A model generated the notes under the pieces. It saw only the letters and a list, made by a program, of their open reading frames with translations, was not told where the DNA came from and made no database searches. A stretch of 64,000 nucleotides of DNA from Spongospora subterranea f. sp. subterranea (taxonomy: Eukaryota), in assembly GCA_049724395.1 (NCBI GenBank), contig JAUGWO010000113.1, positions 124,001-188,000 on the forward strand. Reading direction: 5' to 3'. Position numbers and translations under genes: made by a program. How positions within the stretch are numbered: the stretch's first letter is position 1; every line of letters begins with the position of its first letter. Shown here one piece after another: positions 27,426 to 41,016 of this stretch.

Positions 27426-27860
27426 CTATAGAACGTACGAACCAACACGGTCTCGCGGTATCAAACGCAGCTCAGTGCCGTGTTTCAAAAACACATTCCC
27501 TATTGTAATTCAAATTCTAAGAATAAGAAAAAAACAAAAATGGGCGTTTAACAATACCTGCGGTTTGTTTACATTGTACGCCGATTCCATCGTTAGTTAT
27601 GATGGCGCTGGTCTCGAAAGGAACCTTGAATTCTTCGGCCACATATTTAACAACGGCTGTAAAAGGAGCGGCTTCTGGCACACTTACACTAAAACACGAA
27701 ACAGATTACACTCAATGGAAGCACATCACGACCACAACCATACACGCGGAACGGCAGCTTCGGATCGGACGCGAGAATAACCTTGAATGTGACCTTATTG
27801 GCTGACGACCTGATGCGGTGTCAGCTGATGACCATTCTAAAGGGCGCTTCAGGTTTACAT
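27426..27860 (-). CDS. UFM1: Ubiquitin-fold modifier 1; 4 coding exons (27860-27859, 27809-27744, 27688-27558, 27499-27426)
   Basis: Spliced product [90 protein letters not shown]; three GT-AG introns of 49, 55 and 58 nt. Absent from the ORF track. Confidence 0.96.
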
Positions 27861-29664
27861 ATGGGAGGTAGAAAGGGATCAGGAAAAGGCCAATAGCCGG
27901 CGATAGGTGCACCACCACCTGTCGATGATCGGATCGCGACACAGTGTAACCGTTGCGCCAGGACGACGGCCACGGGCCCCACCGGACAAATATTGTTACC
28001 GACTGAGGGCCCGTCCAAATCAACACTCTCAAACCATCGATTGCAGCGCGTGCTATAATTTGCCCATACATGAAGCTGTACGTCGGTCGAAACATGTAAT
28101 AAAGATTGGTATTGATATACAGGTTATGGATAACCGTCACTACCAACTGATGGGAGGTAATTCGTCCTTCAAACAGCTCTTTGAGAGTTTCAGGCTCTCC
28201 AGCGAATTGTAGTTGCCCGGCAATACAGTTGTAGGAACATGTGAGATTATGATGCTCATTTGGTCTGAATCGGCATCGGTGATGTGAGGAATAATGTTGA
28301 TATGGCTCTCCCGGGATGCATTAAAGAGAGGGTCGTTAGCTATTTCATCTCGCAATACGTCAACATTGGACTCCACATATTTCTACAAAAAAACAATCGG
28401 GACGAATTCGTTTGATTGTGCACGAATCATCGTCAAAAGTTGGTGACAGGGCGATTTTCCAAGGATCTCTGGCGATGCTTTGGGATTTTTACCGATCAAA
28501 CATTTCAAATTGGTGAATACGACAACAAACGCGATGACCTCCGATACCACTTTATTACACAGGCCGCTCCTGTCTTTAATGTGATCAAAGGATGGCTCTC
28601 CCTGGTCGGTAGCACCATATCCGAATTGGGGTGAGAACTGCTCCTGGACCAGGAACACAGAAACCCGGGCAAGATTTGGCAACACGACAGAGGGGACAAT
28701 TGAACGAGATGTCAGTCAGTGCAAACATATGGGAGAACGAGCGCTATGAATATTGGGGAATCATTGCCAACGATGTCTTCTGCATAATAATAAACAGTGT
28801 CTGTTGGTCGTGGTCAGCGCCAGTGCTTCATGTGAATTGTGTTAATGGGGCGTTGAACCGCGCGTGAGACACTACGATCGGACAATGGCCAACAAGGAAT
28901 AGATTGTGATTGTGCCAGACCGTGATGATCGGGTGTGACACTGCTCCCCCAGGTCAAACTCAACACTGGTTCGAATTCCGACACGATTCCTTTCGAAGTT
29001 GTCCTCAATCCTTGTGTAATACCTGCGATGGGCCCTTATTGTTAGCAGGGTGCAGTCGTTGGGCAACTGGGGCCCTCGAACCACATTTGGCGATGATGGT
29101 GACGAGAGAAGCGCCGCATCGGATGATCACGTTGGTCAAATCACAGGTTGGCCATTGCCGGTCGACGCTTCTAGCGAACCGATTAATTGACAACAATTTC
29201 CGTTGCACAATATACGAATAATTGAGATGGATTGGTGGTACTGTATAAGATGACGGCTATGAGGCAATTCAAAACCAGGGGACGGTTCTCATGGGGGTTA
29301 TATTGTGGCTGTCCAGCACCAGTTTGGGACGAAAGAAAAGGCGTTTAAATTAGACAACAAATACAACTGATCCACGATTTGACTGCGCTTTTCCAATCAA
29401 TTTTGTCAAAACTGGTTTCAGTTTGAGCCCGGTGAATATCAATTTCAAGGAAATTTATGCAGGAGAACAATATCGCTATAAATTCGCGACGAAAACAAGT
29501 GAAGCGCCTGAGCAGTCGGCAAGAAGGTGAACGATTTCAAGACATCTCATCTCAAATTACCCATTTCCATCGTTTTCCAATTAAGGAAAGTCCGTGGCGG
29601 AGTCCGCCGTAACTGGAACCGGAGTCCGTCAAGGGTGATTGAGGTCAAGCCAGACCTGGCGAAG

Positions 29665-31362
29665 ATGGTTGTTGAGCAAGTGGATGGGCGATTCCGGAAG
29701 GTCCAGATACCTTTATTCTTGGCAGATCCCGATCGGATAACGGCCGAGGATAGATATTGGTCCTCGTTCAAGGTCGGCAAAAAAAACAATTACATTTTCC
29801 CGATCGTTTGTTTCGAATTTCCGCGGGAGTTGTTTATAATCGTGAAATTGGCAAATTTCTTCTGAGGATAGATATTGTGATCAGGGCGTTGATACGGCTC
29901 CCCATTTGGCTGCGGTTTCGTCGTTATCGTTTTCCCCGGTATCGCCATGCGATCTGGTTGCCAGCGCGTCCACCCGACTACACATATACGATGGCGCCAC
30001 GCTCGCCGCCAAGAAGACCATCAGCAAATTCAAGGACGTGGTGACCTGTGGATCGTATCGTGCAGACGGGGCGCTGATCGCTGCCGGTACCAAAGATAAC
30101 CGCCTGAAAGTGTTTGACGTCAGGTCCCGCGTATTGCTCAAGGAATTCAGTGGCCATTCAGATGCGGTAGTCCCATTATTGTTCCTGTTGTTGATCGGTT
30201 GTTCTAACGCCATTTTCAGGTACGCGTGGCCCAGTTCTCGCCGTTATCGTTGACCAGCGTGTTGTCGGGATCGGATGATTCCACAGTCCGGTTATGGGAT
30301 CTGCCTTCCGGCAAGACGAATGTTGTGTTCCAAGGGCACAGCGATATGGTCAGGGCAGCGTGTCAGGCATCGTCATCGTCGTGGATTACGGCGTCCTACG
30401 ACCACACGATGGCGATGGTGGGATGAGCGTACAGGGAGGTGTGAGAGGAAGGTGGACGTGGGCGGTCCCTGCGACGCCCTTGCCATCTGCCCTGGTGGCG
30501 CTACGATCGCCACTGGTGGTGTGAACGGGATCAGCATATGGAGTTTGTTGACGGCCCAGCTGGTCCATCATCTCCCTAATCCCGTCACCTGTCTGGCCGT
30601 TGATCCAGTCAAGGGGCGCCTTCTCTCGGGTTCGGCCGATCAAACCCTCAACATCATCGATATCGACACATTCAATATCACACACAGTATTAGGCAATCG
30701 GTGATTTCACCCCTCTTATTGCCGACAATCTTAGTATCTGACCGGCCTCTGTCCAGGCCTCAATCAGTTCTATCGCCATATCCCCAGAGGTTATCGCCAT
30801 CGGTATGGCCGACGGGCAACTTTCGCTGAGGCAACGCCGCCCTGGTGTTGTCCCCGCGCCATTGCCGACCCCACATGGTGGCACCAGGCGCTACTTCATG
30901 CGAGGGACGAACCGCTCCGTTCCCCAACAGGAGGATTACCGGGTCGATCTCGAACGAGGTCCCAAACTCAAACCCTATGACACATTCATGAAAAAGCACC
31001 AATTCGCGTCCGCCCTGAACTCGGTCCTGAGCACAATGAATCCCAATATAATATCGGGGATATTGCACGAGCTTCGCGCGCGGGACGCCATGATCGTGGC
31101 GATCAGCGGAAGAGATGATCAAGGCCTGGAACCGTTGCTCAGGTTCCTAGTCAAGTACGTGACCGACCCCAGGCACACCCGCCTTCTCCGGGACGTGGCC
31201 GACTGCATCCTGGATGTGTACGCCGACAACGTGGGCCAATCTCCCGCCGTCGATCGCCTGTTCCGCAACCTGGAGTCGAAGATCTCGGAGCAGATGGCGC
31301 TACGACCGATTATGATGCGATTAGCCGGACAGATCGATATGATTACAAATACCACATCTTAA
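29665..31362 (+). CDS. UTP15: U3 snoRNA-associated protein 15 (WD40 + UTP15_C)
   Basis: RITAEDRYWSSFK N-terminus; ISKFKDVVTCGSYRADGALIAAG; SGSDDSTVRLWD; GHSDMVRA; RYFMRG; LKPYDTFMKKHQFASAL; AISGRDDQGLEPLLRFLVKYVTDPRH. Apparent extra G near 30411. Confidence 0.92.
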
Positions 31363-31412
31363 TGAATCTAACAAACCAATTTTTAACTGTTTTGTTGTCG
31401 CGAGAAAGTGTG

Positions 31413-32702
31413 TCATATATCGATGTTTATTTCGTCGGGATTATCGACGTGAGCGATCGGCCTTTTGCTGATGAAAGGATCTGGTACACCGATACGGTTG
31501 TAGAAGGCGGTCGCCTGAGGATTCTCGTTAAGCGATGGCGGGACACCACGAAGTGAATCGCCTTCGACGTATGCCGGGGAAACCGCCACGAAATCTTGGG
31601 GGGATATGGTCAGATCGGTGGCACTGAACTCAGCAAGGTCGTCCGGGGTGATGGAGTAATCGGGAATCGGGGGAGAATGCTGATCTAATGATAGGTATGG
31701 GGAGGCAGCTCGGCTGATCGCCAACCATTCGGGATCGTGTGAGAGAACCCGCGAATGATCCGCATTGGGGAACGACAGAACCTGAAGAAAGTCGCGATGT
31801 TCGAGACATTTATCTAGAGCCAGGAACTTAGTGAATTGCGAGTCGGAGTGGGGAACGACGGCAGCGAACTTGACATGAAGATGGGCGGAAAGCCAATACG
31901 ACGGCTTGAGCTTCTTTAAAAGCTGTAATGTTTCCGGATTTCCTATGAACAATTTATACAGTTATTCAACGATGATTCGGCGAACGAAACACAATGGAAA
32001 CCTAGACGATCGTTGTGGACGTCTTCCTGAAAGAACGGTTTCCGCCTGAGTAATGCGTCACAATCGCCATATGCCGTTATTCCAACAGGCCAATCGTGAG
32101 ACATAAAGATGTCGATCGGTGACGATATCTAGATCAATGTTGGAAGGCGCGTCTCGGACAGACCCATCATCATCGCAGCTGGACGTACCTTCCGCATTCG
32201 CACGACATCGTACTCGCGAATATGGTAAACGGATCGAACATGATTGTCGTTGAGCGGGAACTGCTCAAAGTACCCCGAGCGATATCCATAGGATTTATAG
32301 ATGCCGCTGAGGCCGGCAATACGCAGTCCAGCGAACCGAACGACGTTAGCGACTCCCATGAAATAGATATTTGGCGCTGCCCAACCACCAGGGAACAGCT
32401 CCATATTGTAGGACGATGCCTCGTGATTGCCCCCGATAAATATGGTGAGAACAGGGGCGATGGACTGACCCGAGTAATACTTGTAGAAGGTTCGCATCGA
32501 TCTGAACTTCGCCGGACACGACATTGCCATTAAATCATCAGGATTACGAACGGCTTGGAAATCGCCACATATCAGGACGAGATCGATGGGAGTCCCATTC
32601 TCTCGCAATATGATTGACGGAGCGATAGATATCGTCTAGTTCGCCATGAGCACATCCTATGACGGCGACATTCAGCGGTGCCGGCGCCAGCCCATCTGTC
32701 AT
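31413..32702 (-). CDS. DBR1: RNA lariat debranching enzyme
   Basis: VAVIGCAHGELDDIY, CGDFQAVRN, IGGNHEAS, RIAGLSGIY, RSVYHIRE, SHDWP, WLSAHLHVKF, TKFLALDKCL, DPEWLAI, NPDEINID. Frameshift in the GAGAGA repeat near 32600-32610. Confidence 0.95.
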
Positions 32703-34416
32703 AATGGCCGACCTCGCCGCTTTAGACGCTAACGGGCGACACCCGATTCCGATCTGGGAGATGTTGTTTAGCGAGGTCCGTCTACACCTCGACCAGAACA
32801 TGTAATGAGGGTTGGTCTGGTCATGGGCCGGGCCAGTACGGGGGGGGGCCTGTACTGTACTGTAGGGGGACAGGGACCGGGGACGCCACTTTACCGACTG
32901 TATACACACTAGAGTACCGTAGACCACGGCAAAAGGCACTGGAAGTTTCTTCTTGTTCGAGCACAGCTCTCAATGTGAAGTTATAGCCCACAAACCCAAC
33001 ACACAACCTGGTTCAGGTGGTTTTCGATCACAGCCCGCTCTCAGCGAAAACCTCACCGTAATCGGAGAAAAATTTTGCTGCGCTGGAACCCGTCGACACC
33101 TTGCCCAAAACGTCATTTCGCAACCCGTACTGGTACACGTCGCCTGCCCGGTTTGGCGATAATGACGGGTTCACAGATGATGGAAATGCCAGTTCGACAC
33201 GGGGATAACTGCCCGCTGTAATATATTCTATCAACCGTAAAACCCATTTCTCTAAGGCCACATGTTCGTGGGCGGCCAACGGTTAGATTAACGGGATGAC
33301 GAGACCAGTCTAACGATGGGCGTTCATTGGCAAAATATCATACCCGATCTGGCATATCTCGTAATTTCAAGCCAATCGACACAATTCAAGCACATGTCAC
33401 CCATCATCGCCGGACGATGATCAATCAACTGAAAATCAGACCATACCGTCCTAGCGGCAGCGTCATCTATCAACTCCCGTGCAAACGGCGGAAGCAATGA
33501 AGGTAGTTGCTGATTGCCAAGAAGAAGGAACAAAAACAGTTTTCCATGGACCATTCCCTACAGATGATGGGCACTAGAGGATCATTGGCGATGTGTGTGA
33601 TACTGGACCAAGAAAATTTGGCGGGGAAACATTCGCATTGTTCATGGAATTATGAGCGATGTGGTGCTTGGAATTCCACCAATCCAGGTCAATGTCATGA
33701 TAAACGGGAGGATATCTGCAGTGAGTGTTGTCCCCCTTCAACAGATACAATCGCTGCCTTCCACTAAATCACGTATTGGGATTCAAATTGATCGACCAAA
33801 TAATGTGAGCGGGAAAGTGTATAGATCATATTGTGGAATTGTATTGGAATGAATAACTGTACTCGGCAGCCAACTCCAACGGCAACCGATATCAACCTAG
33901 ATCTGAACTCTGATCCTTGAACCACGAGTTGAGCGATGAGAACCTCTATTCTGCTGGTCAAGCAACGTCAGAAGGACCTGTGTTTCTCATTGCTGATAAT
34001 CGTCTGACTATATTTGACGCCGAGAAGATTCGTCTTCCTGTTGGACTCGTCTTCCTGTTGGCAAAATTTTAGCTGACATTCCAGATTTCATTTGGATTTC
34101 CGTATTGATTGCAGATGACTAACTGATCTGGTCGATAAATGGGAGGATCACTTAAAATCGTGTCGTTCATCCCCAAAAGCCCATCTGTGTTCAGGTTGTT
34201 GATCTATCTATCTGTCGTGGCGATCGCACAATGGACCGTACTGCACTGTCATCAAATATCCCCCCAGAAGATCACTTACTATGGCGCTACCGCCCCCGAT
34301 ATTTTCTTTCCCGAATCAGATCGCGAACGATCGATCTGTGTGGTCTGATCCCTTGTGCTATTGTGTAAATCGGTTGTTGCAATCCCGATTGCAATAATCT
34401 ATCGCCCCTCATCCAA

Positions 34417-36403
34417 ATGCGCCTAGGTGGCGTATGTGGTATTATCCTGTTCCTGGCCGGTCTCGTCCTGCTCGCGATTGGGATCATCCAACTCCCCGAG
34501 AAACTGCTCCGGGACGTGATCGCCAAATCGATCATCAAATTGGCGACGGATCCCACCAGTACGCCCGCGCCCTATCAGTATCGCGACGAATATCGTGTGT
34601 GGAACTACACCAATCTCGATAAGGTGGCGAGGGACCCGACGATCGCCATCGAGATCAGGGAGGTGATCTACCCGATGGTGGTCGTGACCAATCCCGCCCA
34701 CTTCTCGAGGGAGTTCACCAAGGGCGACCAGACCATCGCCCGAACGCGTACGATCAATAGCACGTGGTCGTACGCCATCCCCGATTCTAATGTAAAACCC
34801 CATTTGCGGCGTGATCGCCCTCGTTTTGGCTAATGATTCCCGTTGTTTGTAGAACTTCTTCACCGATCAGATCGTGACGATTAACCAGGCGCGAATGGCC
34901 GCATTGATTCTAAGTCGGGATTACTTCATCGCCGTCGGGTTCTCCCCGTATTGCAATGCGACATTGTTCCCGATGATCGCCGATCCGACGAAACGGGCCA
35001 CACTTTGTTCATCATTAACCGATCGGTCAAACGTGGCCACGTTATTGAGGACATACACGATGGGGGGATCGGTTGTCAACGACCCCGCTTATCAACCTTA
35101 TGGGATTGACACGACCAACGAAGACCGGGTCATATCGACGCTGAACTCGTTCGCCGCTCAAGCCGGGAACTCGTACATTCCCGCCGGGGAGTTCGTCCCC
35201 ACAACACCCGCTGAACTATTCCTGTTGGCGACCGGTAATTGCACAGCGCCGCCCGAGACGTTCACTACGATCCAGAAGAACTGCCCCGTTGTCGATCCCT
35301 CATTCTACACCGATGTCAATACGGGATCGTCGGACCAGTCGTTGATGTACCGGATCACGTCGCTCAACGGATCCGACAGCAGTATGGCGTATCTACAGAA
35401 GGAACGGGTGACATTGGCCAGAACAGGAACCGGTTTAGGTCCTAATCAGGACCTAAACACAGCTCTACAACAATTTTTAATGTGGAACAATGATCTTCAG
35501 CGGGTAATGCCATTTGAACTCGTCAGCGCCGGTGAAGCGGAGGTGTTCAGTGTTCCCGTCAATCGATACCGTCTTGGGCCATCGTTCATGGAATCGGCCA
35601 GGCAGAACCCTGACAATATTCCATACGTATTAGATCAGGGCTATCGTGCCGTTGTCTGATGATCTGACTGTGTCTGCGTGTGTCGCACAGGGCGTAGCGC
35701 CATCCGGCATGGTCGGGATATGGGCCATCACCCACTATCTCCCGTATTTCCTCTCCAATCCGCACATGTTCCAATCGGATCCCGCCCTCACCGCCCGTTT
35801 CACCGGATACGCCCCCGATCCGGCCAAGCATTCTGTCCTGTTCGACATCGAGCCCATATCTGGACTTGTGATTCATGGACAGGGGTCGATTCAGCTCAAT
35901 CTCAGGATCGACAACGGCGCTCTTCTCGACAATAGATTCCTGTTCGATGGGACGGTCAGTGTGATCATTCGTCCATTATCGGCGTTGAAATCGTGTTCTT
36001 TCAGAAACCGTTATATCTTCCAATCTCGTGGAAGCCCAAGAATATATCCATGGGCCCGACCGATGCCGATAAAATTCGATCGCTGGCATCGGCCGTGAAA
36101 GGCGCCAAGATCGGCGGGATCCTATTGATCGTGGCCGGCGCCATTCTGATATTGCCCGGAATGTATATGATGTTCAAGCGCCCGCCGAAGCGCAAGCCGA
36201 TCGCGATCGCCCAGCCGGTGGTGAACCCCCATCAGATCATCATGCAGACCGCCCAACCCGTGATGATGGCGCAACCGGTGGAGCAGGCGCCACAGATGGT
36301 GATGGGCGTTGACCAGAATGGGAACCAGGTCCTGTTGGCCACAACTGGGGGGACGGTACAACCGGCTCAGCCCATCGCCAATGTCCTCCCACAATATCGC
36401 TAA
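34417..36403 (+). CDS. CD36/SCARB/LIMP-2-family scavenger receptor-like membrane glycoprotein
   Basis: N-terminal TM (GVCGIILFLAGLVLLAIGII), YRVWNYTN, VNTG, LPYFLSNPHMFQSD, PDPAKHSVLFDIEPISGLVI...QLN, C-terminal TM; several N-x-S/T sites; three short introns. Confidence 0.85.
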
Positions 36404-36800
36404 CTGCTTTCCTCCAATCGATCGTCGGCCAGAGAAAGTCTAATCTGATACTTTCCCCGGTCAATTGAATACAAACAGAATAAGACTATGGATAGGATCA
36501 TTGTGTCAACGGGCAATATCGTTCGCCTTTGAGAGCCTATTTCGGCGACGATATGAACAGTTTGGCCAAGATTGTTGCAGTTGGACACCTAGACATTGTC
36601 AGGAATAGTTTCACTAATCGGGTGCGGTCCATCTCCCAACGATCCTTGTAAGAGATGGGTGAGAAGAGCGCCTCCCTGGGTCCTGTTGGGCCAGCGATCG
36701 AGATGCGAAATCACAGCTTCATCCACGGTCTGCGGCCCGATCTGATTCTTTCCCATTGTTCAACTATATAAATCAATACAAGATTAGGTTTATGAACAAG

Positions 36801-37437
36801 TCAGTTCTGTAATTGAATCTGAATGATGGCGGTTGCGATGGTACGCCTGGGCGCGATAGTTTCGTCTGCGGGCCTATAATATAACCATGTCAGAATATAT
36901 GAACAATATATGGGGTTGGAATGATAAATACCTATCAGGAATATCGTGTTGTTTTGGTCGTTTTTCGCGAACAGGCAGGGGCCCATCCCCTCGATCAAGC
37001 CATGGCCTTTTAGCCTGACCAGCGACTCGTTCCATCGGTTTTCTCGCCACTTGCTCGGCTCCGATCCCTAACGCATCTCGCATCGCCTCATTCTTCTTCT
37101 CCAGCATAACGAGTTTCACGTCTTGCTCAGCCTGTTCCCGGGTAGAATGTTTTTGCAATGATTGTGTTAGTTTAGCGAGTTCTTCAACTATCTGGTCTTC
37201 GTCTAGGCCCTGATCCTCAAGTTCTAACCGTTTTTTCATGCGTAATACGGCGATCTGCCTTTTCTGATTATGCTCGATCAGTCCCGGATCGGCTTTCAGT
37301 TGAACTGGAGGGGCGTGCTCGATATTTGCAGCGCTCACAGATTTGATTGGCCTTCTCAACGAAGACAGATTCCGCGTCACATGTCCGTTCGTCCCAGATC
37401 CTCTCGCGGTCGCTAGACCAATGCCATTATACGACAT
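36801..37437 (-). CDS. CWC21: Pre-mRNA splicing factor Cwc21/cwf21 (SRRM2 N-terminal domain); 3' end uncertain
   Basis: MSYNGIGLATARGSGTNGHVTRNLS; ADPGLIEHNQKRQI; KKNEAMRDALGI. Confidence 0.9.
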
Positions 37438-37879
37438 TGTGACGTCGGCGAGGTTACTTCAGTATCCAGACGTGGGGGACCGGCGCACTATCGAATACCA
37501 GTAAGAGTTGGCCAACAATCGGCAAATCGCCGGGCATTCTGATAGCAGACACGCGGCCTCCATTATCCAGTCTACCTCGGGGTTGACGGGTAGCCGTCGG
37601 CTGCCCGTCACACGGTGAATGGTGGGAGTGAACACCAGTGTGTGGTGGGGTACAGTTGAGTCAGGTCGGACGGCAGTGAGGATGGCTAATGATACTGAGG
37701 GTGTGGGACGGAACGGTAAGGGGTTGCTCCACGGTAGTCAAGATGGTCGTGCCGTAAAGGGAATGACTTAGCGCTCTCTAGTCACGCATTTATTGCCTGT
37801 CCCCGAAAGTTGTCGTCACGACGAGGTGATTGGCTATTCAACACCATGATGGCATCGGCGATCAACCCGACACCGTGAT

Positions 37880-39943
37880 ATGCCTGAGCCAGACCCAACT
37901 CTGGTCATCGGGGTCGACGGTGCATTCACCGCTGTCTCTCGTCCCGATTCCCCCAAGAAAACCGCCGTTCCTTCGGTCGCGCGGATCACGAAACGATGCA
38001 GAAGGAAACGGTCTATTGTCTGGCGCTTAACAATCGCCGTGGTGAAATGCTATTCTCTTTGCAATCAGGACTTTAAATATGAGAGGGCGTCAAATCCGAG
38101 AAGGGTTTTAATTCAAACCCTCTATCGGTACCTGTAATGGCGGTTTCGACAATGCAAACTCCGATCTTATTGTCTCAGTAAATGATATTCTAGAAAGTGA
38201 AAACGAGAAGTAATATGATCTTTCTCGTAGCCCTATGATTATCCTCGAGAAAGTAACTCTTATGTTCTTTAGACCCGCCAGGCGATTTCGTGTCATCGAT
38301 CTCGTTGGACATGGCACCTTTGGACAAGTATTAAGGTGCGTCTGTTTACAATCTCGGCGCCAAGTGGCCATCAAAGTTATCAAAAATACTCCTGCGTATT
38401 ATAATCAAGCATTCATGGAGATCCGCCTACTAAAGCTGCTCAACGACCAATTCGATCCAAAAGATGAACATCACATTGTGCGATTGCAGGTATGCTCTTC
38501 TGTGTTCAAATTTTGGTCACTTTCAAACCGTGGCATAGGATAACTTCATGTTCAAGAATCACTTATGCCTGGCCTTTGAAGTTCTCAGTATGAGTCTTTA
38601 TGACGCGCTGAAACTCTCAAATCACCAAGGGTTTCCCATGAAGCGCATTCAAACAATATGCTGTAAGCTTCAGTTTTCAAAATTTACACGTTCTTGAAGT
38701 CACGTATACTTTAGCTCAGATGCTGAAAACCTTAGTATTACTAAGGCAACATCGAATAATTCACTGCGATCTCAAACCGGAGAACGTCTTGCTGTCCTCG
38801 AAAAAGTCCTCCGATATCAAAGTGATTGACTTTGGATCCGCGTGTTTCGACTATCAAACTGTATATTCATATATACAGTCCCGGTTCTACAGAGCTCCAG
38901 AGATACTTTTGCAGATTCCGTACAATTCAGCAATTGATGTGTGGTCGCTGGGCTGCATTGCCGCCGAGCTGTACACTGGTAATTGCAATGTACTGCTCTG
39001 CCACCAGAACGTCGCTTATTCTTCACGTTTAGGATTGCCTCTTTTCCCTGGCGTTGATGAATTTGATCAAATGCGAAGAATTGTCGCAATATGTGGTCCA
39101 CCTCCAATATCAATGCTTCGTGAAGGACTGGCTTCATCCAAATTCGCGCACGAAATCTCTTCCGATTCACATGATCCCGTTCGTTCGGCTGAGAATCGAA
39201 TTACTGTCTCGCTTCGTGAAGCGTTCGCTCGCCGCCGAAATGAAACCGATCACGAATGTTTTATAGACTTCATCTCGGGTTTATTACCGACAACCCCTCA
39301 AGTAAGATGGACCCCTATTCAAGCTGCATCACATCCCTTTATTACTGGCCGACCATGGTCTGGTCCCTTTTTGCCTGTTATTGGTGCCGATGTTCGTAGC
39401 GTTCCTCAAATGATTCTTAAGAGGAACGGTCCTCCGAAGTATTCGTATTCAGGCCATCGTTTTGGTGGTGGGCAAGCCGGCTCCGCGTCTGGCGAGATTC
39501 ATCCTCGGGATATGATGCAAGCCCTTCAGCGAATGTCGCTAACGATTCCGAACGCCCCCTATGTTCGGCTATCTGCGGCTCCTGTTGGTCGTAGGAGGCG
39601 CGGCTCGGCCCATATACCTCCCGCCTACAGCCCATTGCTATCGCCAGGATCCGATCATTTGCACTCCAGAAACGTGAACTACAGCCCAATGATATCCCCT
39701 TACGAGGATTACTTCTCAATGCGCCAGAATGGTCCTGCATTCAGCCCGTTGCCCTCACCAGGTGGTGCGTCAGCTGCCGATTGGGATCCGTTCTTCAATT
39801 CCTCAGATCCCATTGTGTCATCGCCGTGTATCTCCCGTCAACGTCGCTCGTCGCTTCCGTCCAATCCGTATATTGATCAGTATAGCGGCCCAAGGACAGC
39901 TGGAGCAGGCGAACCGCTAAGGCGTCCCAACCCATGGTTGTGA
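37880..39943 (+). CDS. YAK1: YAK1-subfamily DYRK kinase
   Basis: NPRRVL.KPS...GFDNANSDLIVSVNDIL YAK1 N-terminal motif; GHGTFGQV, VAIKVIKN, AYYNQAFMEI, HCDLKPEN, IDFGSAC, YSYIQSRFYRAPE, DWDPFF. Frameshift near 38110. Confidence 0.92.
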
Positions 39944-40065
39944 TAATATTGCTTGGCATTATCGGAATATTGATCATATTCGTTCCGGTTCCAAGGGCGT
40001 TTCGACGCCTATTGAAACACTCACAGTAGTACAGATATAATTCCCATCATTATATATTTTAAATA

Positions 40066-40512
40066 TTAATTTTTATTTTTCAAAGTGGTTATTGTATCCG
40101 GTAGTAATAATTCTGCTTCCCCCTCGATGGCGTTTTGTCCTTTGGCATTGATTGCCAGAGTAGTACAGGTTATTCTTCGTCTAGTCTCCCTAATGCCTGT
40201 GACAATGATATTGTACGTAATTACCTGTGTTTGAGCGGTCAATTGATGAAGAGTGTCAAACAGCGACTGTATTACATGATCCGGTAAAACAGGGCGGCGA
40301 AATACAAGCGATTGCCGTATATATATCGATCCAGGGAACTGGTCAGCAAATACAGTGGGAAACATGGAAGCGACTAGCATCCCATGGACGATTGGATTAG
40401 GTCCTTCATGAATAGGATTGAAATCGCCGGTTAGTCTGGCGAACACGGCCATGTCTGCAACAGTGAATATCCTAGACGTCGATAGAACATGCCCAATCCG
40501 AATGTGATTCAT
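40066..40512 (-). CDS. MaoC-like (R)-specific enoyl-CoA hydratase / hot-dog dehydratase; an upstream exon is possible
   Basis: FARLTGDFNPIH, IVHGMLVASMF, PGSIYIRQSLVFRRPV; 51-nt in-frame intron at 40225-40275. Confidence 0.88.
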   Translation of the reverse strand: MNHIRIGHVLSTSRIFTVADMAVFARLTGDFNPIHEGPNPIVHGMLVASMFPTVFADQFPGSIYIRQSLVFRRPVLPDHVIQSLFDTLHQLTAQTQVITYNIIVTGIRETRRRITCTTLAINAKGQNAIEGEAELLLPDTITTLKNKN

Positions 40513-41016
40513 CAGTCCCTTCCAATCACAGATAACGAATCGGGAAAGAGTGCGCTGAAAGGGTGACCGTCAGAGCATAATCACTTCTGTTCCGGACCGG
40601 TTGTGCTTTCGCGAACCAGTTGAATTTATGGAGACAGATCCGAAATCAAGACTTTGACTCGGTTTTCTACACCAGTTTGTTGAACTTTTCTGCCAATCCG
40701 ACTCCAATCTGTTTACCATAAGCCCAGGCCATGCCCATGGTGCAATTTCCAGGGACAAAAAGCGCGCCAAAACAACGGTGATTGCTGGCGCACTGACAGG
40801 TGAAGGTAACCGAACCTGTTTATGGTACAGGACTTGGTGACTGAGACCATGATGGCGGAACCCTGTGCTGGTGTCGCTCCAGTTCATTAACGCTGTGTCT
40901 GATAGTGTGAACGAGAGGTTCGGCAGAGGGGATTGTCGCCAGGGATTAGAGCCCATTGGCCGCCCGCTTCCGCAAATACCTCCGCATAGCCAGTGGATCA
41001 GCCATCCCGGCGACGT

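Noticed and set aside
27900..29300. Gene between UFM1 and UTP15
   Set aside because: Short ORFs on both strands with no recognisable motif and no consistent splice model.
32950..34030. Minus-strand ORF fragments upstream of DBR1
   Set aside because: Interrupted by stops and no family recognised; may be a decayed gene.
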